64,000 bases of DNA, from the sequence record PZ386972.1. One strand, given 5' to 3'. This stretch comes from a phage. Positions 29,563 through 37,920 of the stretch are shown one piece after another. The translations under genes and the position numbers were made by a program. Each line of letters opens with the position of its first letter. The stretch's first letter is position 1. The notes below the pieces were generated by a model. That model had not been told where the DNA came from. It worked only from the letters and a program-made list of their open reading frames with translations, and searched no databases.

Positions 29563-30264
29563 ATGAAAGTAAAACCATTTGGTATGCTAGATATTGAATC
29601 TCTAGGAACTCCAGGAGATTGTGGTACTACTCATATCGCAATGCCTTCTTTCGCTTTTGTGGCTATGCATGGGATTGATAAAGACCCTGACTTAGTATTT
29701 GTTACTTTGGATGTGCAGGATCAGCTTAATTCTGGTGCCAAAGTTACAGCATCTACTCTAGCATTCTGGATGGATCAAGCTAAAAATAGCCCCTCTGCTA
29801 TTCACATAATGGAAGCTATGAAGGAACGTAATCCAAAACTGATTGCCTTCCAAAATGGTAAACATCATTGCACTAATAAATTAGGCTCAAACTATGCTGC
29901 CTTCTCTATGGCGCAAAATATTATGGAGTTGGCTCTAGGCGAAAATGCTTTGTATTATGGCAATGGCCCAGAGTTTGATATGACTATCTACTCTGCAAAC
30001 ACGTTCCATGCTGGAACCAATGAAGAGGTAGTTCCGTGGAAATTCTGGAATTTAGGCAATGTTCGATCTCTTCGTAATCTCTGGATGCAAGCTGGTTATA
30101 GTTACAAAGATCTAGAGGCTGAAGGTATTAGCTGGGCAAAAGCTAAAATGGAAAAGATGGACACCATTCGTTATGGGATCTATCCGGTTAAGCACGACCC
30201 AGCATTCGATGCCCTAGTTGAGGGCTATTGTGTTGCAGCTATGATCGAAAAAATGAAAATTTGA
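29563..30264 (+). CDS. DEDDh-type 3'-5' exonuclease-like protein
   Basis: 233 aa; N-terminal LDIESLG (Exo I-like D-x-E) and C-terminal HDPAFDAL (H-x4-D). Confidence 0.4.
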   Translation: MKVKPFGMLDIESLGTPGDCGTTHIAMPSFAFVAMHGIDKDPDLVFVTLDVQDQLNSGAKVTASTLAFWMDQAKNSPSAIHIMEAMKERNPKLIAFQNGKHHCTNKLGSNYAAFSMAQNIMELALGENALYYGNGPEFDMTIYSANTFHAGTNEEVVPWKFWNLGNVRSLRNLWMQAGYSYKDLEAEGISWAKAKMEKMDTIRYGIYPVKHDPAFDALVEGYCVAAMIEKMKI

Positions 30265-30265
30265 T

Positions 30266-30294
30266 TTGCTTCCGGCTCCAAAATTCTGTATAAT
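30266..30294 (+). promoter_or_regulatory. early promoter
   Basis: TTGCTT 30266-30271, TATAAT 30289-30294. Confidence 0.6.
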
Positions 30295-30334
30295 ATATTC
30301 ATAAATTTGAGAAAACAATAAAAGGAAAACAAAT

Positions 30335-30517
30335 ATGCCAGTATCTAAAAATGTTCGTAAAAATGGTAAGAAAGCTACTCGTAATCTTGGTATCCGTCGT
30401 ATGGCTGAACGTCAATCAGGTATCCAGAAAATCTTTGATCTGCTAAATCGTGCTAATCCTAAAATTGATAACAGTAACGATACTGTTCTGCGCACTCTGC
30501 TGGCAATTGGTCTGTAA
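30335..30517 (+). CDS. hypothetical small basic protein (60 aa)
   Basis: ORF track. Confidence 0.45.
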   Translation: MPVSKNVRKNGKKATRNLGIRRMAERQSGIQKIFDLLNRANPKIDNSNDTVLRTLLAIGL

Positions 30518-30570
30518 TAGACCAAGTTTAAACAAATTCAAATCTCAAACTTCATATAAGGAAGCAAATA

Positions 30571-31209
30571 ATGACTACTCGTATTTCTAAAACTCGTGCT
30601 CTGGCAACCATCAAATCTCTGGAAGCTAAAATCCGTAAAGCTACTGAACAACAGCTCCTGATCGCTGTTGGTGAAGGTAAGGATAAAAATAAGGTTGTAG
30701 TTGGCGCTGCAATCGAAGTAGACGATCTATCTGCTCGTATTAAGGCAGATTTCCAATCTCTCCTAGATATGATGTCCCAGCGTGATCGTATAAAAGCTGC
30801 TCTGATTAAGAGCAATGCGGAAACAGTAGTTGAGATTGGTTCTCGTAAGATGACTGTTGCGGAAGCAATTGAAGCTAAGCGTTCTATGGAACTTAAAGCT
30901 CAACTGCTGGCTAACATGCGTAAACAGTTCCATGCCGCTACGGTTAAGTTTAATACGCAGAAAGCACAGTTTGATGCTAAATATGAGCGTCTGCAGGATA
31001 GCATGGCTACCCGCGATAAGAAAACTTCCGAAGATGAAGTTAAAATGCAGCTCAACCTGCTGGAACTCAAGAATACTCCATTCTTGATTGATCCGCTGGA
31101 ACTGGAAAAGCTGATTAAGCAGCATGACGAGGAATATCAGGACTTTGCAACAAATGTTGACTTTGTTCTGTCCGAGTCTAACGCCTCTACCTTCATTGAA
31201 GTAGAGTAA
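30571..31209 (+). CDS. hypothetical coiled-coil protein (212 aa)
   Basis: ORF track. Confidence 0.5.
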   Translation: MTTRISKTRALATIKSLEAKIRKATEQQLLIAVGEGKDKNKVVVGAAIEVDDLSARIKADFQSLLDMMSQRDRIKAALIKSNAETVVEIGSRKMTVAEAIEAKRSMELKAQLLANMRKQFHAATVKFNTQKAQFDAKYERLQDSMATRDKKTSEDEVKMQLNLLELKNTPFLIDPLELEKLIKQHDEEYQDFATNVDFVLSESNASTFIEVE

Positions 31210-31592
31210 TAATTTAAAAGCTAGTAAATCGGTAGACGAAAGCCCAAGCATCTTACCTCGCAGCAGCGGTTGAAATACGAGGTTAAATAAGACCGCTGAC
31301 CATACTATAAAGTATAATCTATTGGAGATTATGTTTATTACACCAGCCTTTTAAGCTGACACGTAAGAACAAAGCGTCGTTGATATTACCGACACAACTT
31401 CAAAGATCAACATTTAAGTATGAAAGCTGAAAAGTTTAAAGAACTCAAACTTCTAAACTTCTAAAGCTAAAAGATGCAAAGTATTCGTTGATGATTCAAA
31501 CCCTAGATCAAAGGTACATGGCTTATAAGATATGGCCTGTGGCGCCTCTAGGCTGTTTATCGGTTTACTAGTTTCACAATTTAAAAATGTAT

Positions 31593-31621
31593 TTGCTAAT
31601 TTACTAAGTTATTTGTATAAT
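31593..31621 (+). promoter_or_regulatory. early promoter
   Basis: TTGCTA 31593-31598, TATAAT 31616-31621. Confidence 0.6.
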
Positions 31622-31651
31622 ATATTTTTAAATTGATGAAACGAGGCTATT

Positions 31652-31969
31652 ATGACTTTTCATATTTTGATTGATGATGTGCGTAATCTTCACGGAATGG
31701 ACATTATCATTCGAACCCCAGAAGCCGCTGTAGAGTTTCTGAATAAAACTGATACCACAGGCCACTTCGTTTATATGGATAATGACTTGGCTGTAGATGG
31801 TATGGAAGGTTATCAAATTCTTCGTTTACTATTAGAATTTGGGCAGAGACCAAAGAAAGTGGTACTAGTAACCTCGAACCCAGTAGCTAAGCAAAATATG
31901 CGTAATGATTTGCTTGACTTAGGGTATAAAGAAAATCCCAATCGTGTTGAATATGATTGGCAGGAGTAA
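31652..31969 (+). CDS. hypothetical protein (105 aa)
   Basis: ORF track. Confidence 0.5.
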   Translation: MTFHILIDDVRNLHGMDIIIRTPEAAVEFLNKTDTTGHFVYMDNDLAVDGMEGYQILRLLLEFGQRPKKVVLVTSNPVAKQNMRNDLLDLGYKENPNRVEYDWQE

Positions 31970-32424
31970 AAAGAATGAAGGCAGCTTTGCTTTTAGTAGC
32001 TGCCCTTACCTTCAGCTTTAGTAGTCAGGCATCGCACGATGCAAAAGAAATAGATTGCATTGCTAAAAATATCTATTTCGAGAGTCGTGGTGAGGGCATA
32101 AAGGGAATGACGGCGATAGCACATGTTACTAAAAACCGTGTAAACTCCGGTAAATTCCCAGATTCCTACTGTAAAGTAGTATATCAGTCTAACCAGTTCT
32201 CTTGGGTATCTAAGAGACCAAAAGTTGATAAAACTGATGAGGCTTGGCAAACCGCTAAGAATTTAGCTAGAGTGATATACTACGTTGATTTACCACAAGA
32301 TCCTACACATGGAGCACTATACTTCCATAGTGGTAAAGATAAACCTTACTGGACAAAGAAGTTTAAGAAAACAACTAAGATTAAGGGACATACGTTTTAT
32401 AAACCTGTTGTCACTAAAACTTAA
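31957..32424 (+). CDS. secreted SleB-like cell wall hydrolase (Hydrolase_2 family)
   Basis: 155 aa; signal peptide MKAALLLVAALTFSFSSQA; NIYFESRGE...AHVTKNRV...QSNQFSW matches the SleB signature. Confidence 0.6.
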   Translation: MAGVKRMKAALLLVAALTFSFSSQASHDAKEIDCIAKNIYFESRGEGIKGMTAIAHVTKNRVNSGKFPDSYCKVVYQSNQFSWVSKRPKVDKTDEAWQTAKNLARVIYYVDLPQDPTHGALYFHSGKDKPYWTKKFKKTTKIKGHTFYKPVVTKT

Positions 32425-32433
32425 AAATTTACT

Positions 32434-32461
32434 TGCTTAAATACTTAAATTTCTGTATAAT
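32434..32461 (+). promoter_or_regulatory. early promoter
   Basis: TTGCTT 32434-32439, TATAAT 32456-32461. Confidence 0.55.
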
Positions 32462-32492
32462 ACTTTCATAAATTAATGAGAGGAAGCGAATT

Positions 32493-32663
32493 ATGAAATC
32501 AGTTGTAATTATTGGTGTTAACACTCGCGGTATTCGTACTACGAAAACTGTTAAAACTTCTAACGTTGCTGAAATCACTACGAACCCTAAAAAGTTTGAT
32601 TTCGCCAAAGTCTCAGCAGTTATGACAGAACAATCTTTTAACCAAGCATTGGGGATGAAATAA
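32493..32663 (+). CDS. hypothetical small protein (56 aa), below the ORF-track size cutoff
   Basis: ATG 10 nt after GAGAGGAAG RBS, directly downstream of promoter 32434-32461; stop overlaps next start. Confidence 0.35.
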   Translation: MKSVVIIGVNTRGIRTTKTVKTSNVAEITTNPKKFDFAKVSAVMTEQSFNQALGMK

Positions 32664-33097
32664 TGGGTACGAATATGCTTCGTGTGCTGCGAGAATTAAT
32701 TGAAAAAGCTCGCAAACACGGTGATACTGTGTCAGTCAAGCACCTTAGTACGATTTTAGGCGACTTACAACGAATTGATAAAGATTGCGTATCTAGACTA
32801 GAGTTTACTAACTGGGTTAAATCACAGTTCAAAGCAATTGAGAATACAATGACTTCTGCTGCAAAAGCAAATATCGAATATACTCCAGATGCTGAATATC
32901 TCGACTTGTTAGCAGGTCTAGAGCATGAATATGCTCTGGAGCAGTTAACTGAAGTTCAGATTCGTGAGTATTTTGCAGAACTGGTTAAATTAAACCCAGG
33001 TATTACCAAAGCTCTATTAATGAAAACTATTAAGGCAGAATTTCCTGGACGTTATGATGGTAAAACAACTGCTTTGATTGCTAGTGAATTTTTCTAA
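32663..33097 (+). CDS. hypothetical protein (144 aa)
   Basis: ORF track. Confidence 0.5.
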   Translation: MGTNMLRVLRELIEKARKHGDTVSVKHLSTILGDLQRIDKDCVSRLEFTNWVKSQFKAIENTMTSAAKANIEYTPDAEYLDLLAGLEHEYALEQLTEVQIREYFAELVKLNPGITKALLMKTIKAEFPGRYDGKTTALIASEFF

Positions 33098-33105
33098 AAA
33101 TTCAT

Positions 33106-33134
33106 TTGCTAAATACTTATAAATTCTGTATAAT
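33106..33134 (+). promoter_or_regulatory. early promoter driving an ~0.8 kb non-coding transcript
   Basis: TTGCTA 33106-33111, TATAAT 33129-33134. Confidence 0.6.
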
Positions 33135-33357
33135 ATATTCATAAATTAGGGAACAGCGAGCCGATTACGCTGAGTGCAGAATCCCAACCGGAGCGCATTG
33201 AATAGAGTCGGTGGGTTAGTTGTAAAACTAGTACACAGGGGGCGGCAATCCCGGTTAGTGGCTAGAACGTGTAAAATGAGGCGTCTGAAACCTCTCCCCT
33301 AAACTCTTCTCTGATTTATAAATAGTGGGGTGTGGAAATCACTTATGTAGTAACACT

Positions 33358-33429
33358 GCCGTCCTAGTATAATTGGTATTATCAAGCCGTAACTGGTGGA
33401 AGATGTAGGTTCGAATCCTACGGTCGGTA
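33358..33429 (+). ncRNA. tRNA-like element with canonical T-arm but no anticodon arm found by hand
   Basis: T-arm GTAGGTTCGAATCCTAC at 33405-33421; 5' segment GCCGTCC pairs to 3' GGTCGGT with one mismatch. Confidence 0.3.
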
Positions 33430-33931
33430 AGAACTGGATAACTGATGCTTTTAACGTAAAAGCTTCCTAGGTTAGTTGCGCACTGCCTAAACCACGCGGT
33501 AGTTGGTTCCAGACTAACCAACCAGTCTGCTGAATAGTTTTATTACGATTTAACTATGTCCAGGCTAAAGAAGAACTTTAGAAGGTATTCTAGGATAGTG
33601 AAGTTCTTTCTCCATATCGGAGTAGTTTTTCAAGCTATCCACAAAGTGGGAAATGCTGACATGAGAGATGTCACTAATGGTGCACAATAGCACAGGTAAT
33701 TCGCGATAACTCCTGTTGAGTAGCAGCAAAAGGTGGGAAGTCATGACCCCAAGCCTAACCGAGTCCTCAATATACCGCAGGACATAACCACTAAGTCACC
33801 CTGACTTAAACTGGAAAATAATAGACGTTACTGTATTTTGTCTTGAAATACTTAATGAGTGAGACTTATGACTCTCCCGGTATCGTCTGTATTTTTAAGA
33901 GTTTTTACGAGAGTTCTTAAAAATACTTAAA

Positions 33932-34006
33932 CGGGGTGTAGTCTAAGGGAGAGGCAGGAGTCTTCTAAATTCCTTTATGCAGGTTCGAATCCTGTCACCT
34001 CGGCCA
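33932..34006 (+). tRNA. tRNA-Arg (anticodon UCU)
   Basis: Acceptor CGGGGTG/CACCTCG; D-stem; anticodon loop CTTCTAA; T-arm GCAGGTTCGAATCCTGT; encoded CCA. Confidence 0.6.
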
Positions 34007-34040
34007 ATTTTATTAACTGTAACTAAAACAAAGGAAATAT

Positions 34041-34988
34041 ATGTTTAATACTAAAAATATGAAAGAACTGACTTCTGAGCAGAAAGTAATTCGTACTATT
34101 AAACGTTGGGGTATTGGTGCTGTAGTTGGTTTAGCAGGCTTGATTCTAGCCTTTAATTCATATACTATTGTTTCTGATGGTACGGTTAAAACTCAAACAT
34201 TCCTGGGTAAAGTAGATCCTAATCCAGTATTGCCGGGTTTCCATCTTGTAAACCCGTTTGCATCTTTCGATACTTTTAGTACAAAAGATATTGCTGTAAA
34301 ATTAGATAAACTTCAGGTTCCTAGTCAGGATAAGTTTAAATCCACTGTTGACCTGACTGTTATGTTGCAATTTGATGGTTCTAAGGCACCGATTAACCGT
34401 ATTAACGCAGGTACTCAGGATCAGGCACTAGACAAGTATGTAACTGAAAAATTACTGTCTACTATTCGTGAGTTTGGTAAGTCTGTACCTAAAGCACAAG
34501 ATTTGTTTGATGCTAAAATTCAGGCTCAATTGCAAACTGCAATTCAACAGGAAGTTGAAGAGTATGCGCGCCCATATGGTTACACAGTTAAGCAGGTATT
34601 CCTTCAGGATATTACCTTGCCGCCAGTAATCATGGAACAGGTACAGAATACCAAAGTTCGTGAAGAGCAAGTTAATGCTGCGAAAGCTGAACTTGCTCGC
34701 GTTGAACAGGAAGCACAGCAAAAAGTTAAACAAGCAGAAGCAGATCGTGAAGCTCGTAACAACCAAGCTATTGCTAATGAACGTGACGCAGATGCTAAAC
34801 TGTACGCAGCTAAGAAAGAAGCTGAAGCTAACGCCGCATTGCAACGTACCATTACTCCTGAAATGATTCGTTGGAAACAACTGGAAGTTGAAATGATCCG
34901 TGCTCAGAAGTATCAAGGTGGTGTACCTCAGACTGTGGTAGGTACTGGCTACGATGGTCAAATGATCATGGATATGCGTAATAAATAA
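34041..34988 (+). CDS. SPFH/band-7 (stomatin/prohibitin-like) membrane protein
   Basis: 315 aa; N-terminal TM helix; SPFH-like core (GFHLVNPF...); C-terminal Ala/Glu/Lys-rich coiled coil. Confidence 0.55.
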   Translation: MFNTKNMKELTSEQKVIRTIKRWGIGAVVGLAGLILAFNSYTIVSDGTVKTQTFLGKVDPNPVLPGFHLVNPFASFDTFSTKDIAVKLDKLQVPSQDKFKSTVDLTVMLQFDGSKAPINRINAGTQDQALDKYVTEKLLSTIREFGKSVPKAQDLFDAKIQAQLQTAIQQEVEEYARPYGYTVKQVFLQDITLPPVIMEQVQNTKVREEQVNAAKAELARVEQEAQQKVKQAEADREARNNQAIANERDADAKLYAAKKEAEANAALQRTITPEMIRWKQLEVEMIRAQKYQGGVPQTVVGTGYDGQMIMDMRNK

Positions 34989-35013
34989 TACCCGCATGTA
35001 ACATCTGAAGTAA

Positions 35014-35046
35014 GCCCTGCGTTTCCTGGAGAGCGCAGGGCTTTTC
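35014..35046 (+). terminator. rho-independent terminator
   Basis: Hairpin GCCCTGCGTTTCCTGGAGAGCGCAGGGC followed by TTTTCT. Confidence 0.6.
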
Positions 35047-35084
35047 TATATAATGTAATTATAAAACTAACTAGGAGATTAAAC

Positions 35085-35603
35085 ATGGGTGTTGATGAAT
35101 TAACACAGCATCTTCTATCTAGAGGATTTGATGCGGATAAATATCATTGCTGGTTAAGTCCGGAAGGATGGCTAACAGTCCCGTTGTATGATTTCTCTGG
35201 GATGTTGAGGGGCTATCAAACTTATAATCCTTCTGCTCCAAAAGGTCATGGTAAGTGTCCCTTTGAAGCTAAATATTTTACCTATTCTACTACCCAGTGT
35301 GTATGGGGATTAGAAACTCTCAATGGAGATGAAAAAGTAGTATTGATCGCTGAATCTGTATTTAAGGCAGTTGCGTTACATAATGCTGGTTATCCAGCCC
35401 TAGCAATGTTGGGTTCTTCTCCAGGAAAAGCGTTATTAAAGCAACTGAAATTATTACCTTTTAAATTGGTAGCTGTCGGGGATAACGATCCTGCGGGTGA
35501 AAAATTTGCTAGAAAATTAAACGGCTTTGTTTCTCCTGTAGATGTGGATGAGATGTCTACAGAAAACTTGAAAAATTTTCTTGCTATGAAGCTAAATTTC
35601 TAA
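35085..35603 (+). CDS. TOPRIM-like domain protein
   Basis: 172 aa; VVLIAESVFKAVAL...VAVGDNDPAGEKFA resembles a TOPRIM fold. Confidence 0.4.
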   Translation: MGVDELTQHLLSRGFDADKYHCWLSPEGWLTVPLYDFSGMLRGYQTYNPSAPKGHGKCPFEAKYFTYSTTQCVWGLETLNGDEKVVLIAESVFKAVALHNAGYPALAMLGSSPGKALLKQLKLLPFKLVAVGDNDPAGEKFARKLNGFVSPVDVDEMSTENLKNFLAMKLNF

Positions 35604-35609
35604 TATAAT
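35581..35609 (+). promoter_or_regulatory. early promoter embedded in the 3' end of the 35085..35603 CDS
   Basis: TTGCTA 35581-35586, TATAAT 35604-35609. Confidence 0.55.
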
Positions 35610-35624
35610 ATATCTTATAAATTC

Positions 35625-35713
35625 GGAAGAATAGCATAACGGTATTGCAGCAGATTGCTAATCTGTCGGTTTGAAATATAGCCTTGTGGGTTCGATTCCC
35701 ACTTCTTCCACCA
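35625..35713 (+). tRNA. tRNA-Ser (anticodon GCU), long variable arm
   Basis: Acceptor GGAAGAA/TTCTTCC; anticodon loop TTGCTAA; T-arm GTGGGTTCGATTCCCAC; CCA encoded; 89 nt. Confidence 0.6.
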
Positions 35714-35719
35714 AATTCT

Positions 35720-35797
35720 GGTTCTCAAGCTCATATGGTATGAGCACCCGGCTCATAACCGGAAGGTACGTAGGTTCGAATCCTCGGGGAGCCACCA
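35720..35797 (+). tRNA. tRNA with CAU anticodon (Met, fMet or Ile2)
   Basis: Acceptor GGTTCTC/GGGAGCC; D-arm GCTC/GAGC; anticodon loop CTCATAA; weak T-stem; CCA. Confidence 0.5.
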
Positions 35798-35816
35798 AAT
35801 TAAATAAGGACAACTA

Positions 35817-36005
35817 ATGGAATTATTCATAGTTTCTGTTAAATTTGCACAAGATAGAGAACGTTCGGATGAGTTTAAACAAGGGTACAGACTAGTAAAG
35901 GCTACATCTGAACTCCATGCTATGGACAAAGTAGTAGACTATATGTATAATGTAGAAGATGTTTACTACGTCAATGCTTTAGAAGCCTCAAAAGTAATTA
36001 ACTAG
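35817..36005 (+). CDS. hypothetical protein (62 aa)
   Basis: ORF track. Confidence 0.4.
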   Translation: MELFIVSVKFAQDRERSDEFKQGYRLVKATSELHAMDKVVDYMYNVEDVYYVNALEASKVIN

Positions 36006-36014
36006 GGAGACTAT

Positions 36015-36191
36015 ATGTCTAAGTTTCAAGAACTCAAGCAAGAGCTAGAAGAGTGTGCCTGCCCTGAGTGTAGGGGAATTGGTGAAAGTTCTGATGCAGA
36101 AGCAGGAGATACTTTTTGCAATATCTGGGTTTGCCCAAATTGCAGTGGTACAGGTATTAATCCTAACTGCGGTATTTCCCCTAGATATTGA
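36015..36191 (+). CDS. small Cys-rich zinc-ribbon-like protein (58 aa), below the ORF-track cutoff
   Basis: CPECRG...CNIWVCPNCSG Cys pairs; GGGAGA RBS. Confidence 0.35.
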   Translation: MSKFQELKQELEECACPECRGIGESSDAEAGDTFCNIWVCPNCSGTGINPNCGISPRY

Positions 36192-36302
36192 ACGAGGGTA
36201 ACACCTGTGAAACTAAAAGATTATTATATTGGTTGGTTTGTGGGACTAGTAGTAGGATTTTCACTAGGCTATAATATGTATCAACTAATAAACTGATTAC
36301 AT

Positions 36303-36379
36303 GGGGGTGTAATCGAATTGGCATAGGTACTGGACTTAAAATTCAGGTTTTGTGGGTTCGAATCCCACCACCCCTACCA
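36303..36379 (+). tRNA. tRNA, anticodon uncertain (hand fold gives UAA)
   Basis: Acceptor GGGGGTG/CACCCCT; T-arm GTGGGTTCGAATCCCAC; CCA; D-arm not resolved. Confidence 0.45.
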
Positions 36380-36554
36380 ACTTAAGGAAATAAGATGTAT
36401 AGACATCCACCTCCGCCAACACGTCGTTCTAGAGAAGTTATCCTCATGGAATTGACGAAAAACTTCAAGGCAACTCTTGAAGATAGAGATCTAGGCACGG
36501 ATGAAGACATTGATTTTATTTGTAGACTATTAAAGATGAAACTGGAGAAACAAC

Positions 36555-36761
36555 ATGGCTAATCCTGAAATTACCGCACAACGTTTCATGCTTAAAGGCA
36601 TGATTGCTGAGGCAGGTATGACCCAAGAGGTTGCAGACTTTCATAAGCAATTTCTTGATATTATAACTCTAGCTAAAGAGACAGGAGAAAGAGAACACGG
36701 AGCAGCAATTATGGCTATATCTCTTATTAGCCTAGACTTAGCTGAAGAATCTGGAGTTTAG
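36555..36761 (+). CDS. hypothetical protein (68 aa)
   Basis: ORF track. Confidence 0.4.
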   Translation: MANPEITAQRFMLKGMIAEAGMTQEVADFHKQFLDIITLAKETGEREHGAAIMAISLISLDLAEESGV

Positions 36762-36791
36762 CTCCTCCAAACAGAATTTTTAAAAATGTAC

Positions 36792-36821
36792 TTGCCTTTT
36801 GCTTTAAATTTCTGGTATAAT
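36792..36821 (+). promoter_or_regulatory. early promoter
   Basis: TTGCCT 36792-36797, TATAAT 36816-36821, 18-bp spacer. Confidence 0.55.
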
Positions 36822-36851
36822 AGTTATATAAATTGATGAAGGAGTTAACGA

Positions 36852-37127
36852 ATGCAAAATCGTGTTATAGCAACTGGTATTGAAAGTGCAATCTGTAAAT
36901 CCTGGGAAGGCTGGGAAGGTGAGATTGAATGGCTTTATTTCTACGATGTAGAACTTCTGCCGGAAGTTAAAGCTAAATGTGTTGAAGCTGGCATGGCTCC
37001 AGATGCAAAAGCTGATATTGATATTTCAATGTCTGAACTTAAAGGTCGTGTAATTACTGTTAGTGATGAGGGCGAAGAAGTTTTCGAACTTCCATTCTCC
37101 TTAACTGTCGCTCCTAAGTTCGACTAA
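36852..37127 (+). CDS. hypothetical protein (91 aa)
   Basis: ORF track; GGAG RBS. Confidence 0.45.
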   Translation: MQNRVIATGIESAICKSWEGWEGEIEWLYFYDVELLPEVKAKCVEAGMAPDAKADIDISMSELKGRVITVSDEGEEVFELPFSLTVAPKFD

Positions 37128-37132
37128 CTAAT

Positions 37133-37173
37133 ACAGCACTGAGCAAGTTCTTTAAAATTTGACTTGCTCAGTG
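37133..37173 (+). terminator. 12-bp-stem hairpin whose 3' arm overlaps the next promoter's -35
   Basis: GCACTGAGCAAG ... CTTGCTCAGTGC inverted repeat. Confidence 0.4.
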
Positions 37174-37192
37174 CCATAAAACTTGATATAAT
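37164..37192 (+). promoter_or_regulatory. early promoter
   Basis: TTGCTC 37164-37169, TATAAT 37187-37192. Confidence 0.5.
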
Positions 37193-37255
37193 AGTTATCT
37201 AATTTGGAAACATATCTAAAAGTGTTTAAACTAGTATTTGAATACTTTTAAATAT

Positions 37256-37343
37256 GGGCGTTTATTCCGTAGATGGTAGCGGAGGGGATTGTAAATCCCT
37301 GGTCATTGCGACTCGAGTGGTTCGACTCCATTAACGCCCACCA
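37256..37343 (+). tRNA. tRNA-Tyr (anticodon GUA), long variable arm
   Basis: Acceptor GGGCGTT/AACGCCC; anticodon stem GGGGA/TCCCT with loop TTGTAAA; variable stem-loop; CCA. Confidence 0.65.
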
Positions 37344-37361
37344 AATTTAAAGGTAAAATAT

Positions 37362-37844
37362 ATGTACACTGATAGAATTGTTCAAGAAGCTGCAAACAGA
37401 GGTCTTATTGATCTGGGATCACCAGTTGATATAACTAAAGAGCTAATAACAGAGAGCCTTACGTTTGGCACAGCTAACTTTGGCCGAGATAGTAACCGTC
37501 GGTATAGCTTGAAACTATCAGCATTATCTTTTATTAAGTACAATAAGAGTATTGGAGAAAAATCAAGTTGTGGTTTTATCTACGCGATAACTAATCCAGC
37601 TTGGACTGATTATGTAAAAATTGGCATGTCTTCTGACCCAAAAACAAGATTAGCCAATTACCAGACATATTCTCCACTACGTGACTATAAGTTAATACAT
37701 TGGTCATTTTGGTTTAATGCTAGAGAAGCAGAGAAAATGCTTCATAATAGCTTTCCAAAAAGAATTAATGAATGGGTAGTTTTGGACAGAAGTGTAGATG
37801 AAACACTTGCTGATTTTAATAAACTATCTAATAAACAATTTTAA
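37362..37844 (+). CDS. GIY-YIG-like (T5orf172-type) domain protein within the tRNA cluster
   Basis: 160 aa; GFIYAITNPAWTDYVKIGMSSDPKTRLANYQT resembles the GIY-YIG/T5orf172 core. Confidence 0.5.
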   Translation: MYTDRIVQEAANRGLIDLGSPVDITKELITESLTFGTANFGRDSNRRYSLKLSALSFIKYNKSIGEKSSCGFIYAITNPAWTDYVKIGMSSDPKTRLANYQTYSPLRDYKLIHWSFWFNAREAEKMLHNSFPKRINEWVVLDRSVDETLADFNKLSNKQF

Positions 37845-37845
37845 T

Positions 37846-37920
37846 GCACCTATCATCTATCGGTTAGGACATCAGGTTTTCAACCTGAGAAGCTTGGTTC
37901 GATTCCGTGTGGGTGTACCA
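37846..37920 (+). tRNA. tRNA-Glu (anticodon UUC)
   Basis: Acceptor GCACCTA/TGGGTGT; anticodon stem TCAGG/CCTGA with loop TTTTCAA; CCA. Confidence 0.55.

Noticed and set aside
30552-31251. Minus-strand ORFs 30552..30815 and 30763..31251 opposite the 212-aa plus-strand gene
   Set aside because: The plus-strand ORF has a promoter and RBS and a coiled-coil-like sequence; the antisense frames lack start signals.
33339-33521. 60-aa minus-strand ORF inside the structured RNA region
   Set aside because: Antisense to a promoter-driven plus-strand transcript, overlaps tRNA-like hairpins, and has no RBS.
33932-34006. tmRNA-like 3' end (T-arm plus CCA after a long structured region)
   Set aside because: The last 75 nt fold as a complete canonical tRNA with D-arm and UCU anticodon arm; no tag-peptide reading frame or tmRNA pseudoknot pattern was evident.
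34452-34997. 181-aa antisense ORF opposite the SPFH gene, and 34604..34852
   Set aside because: Antisense to a well-supported CDS; the translations are low-complexity and there are no minus-strand promoters in this plus-strand block.
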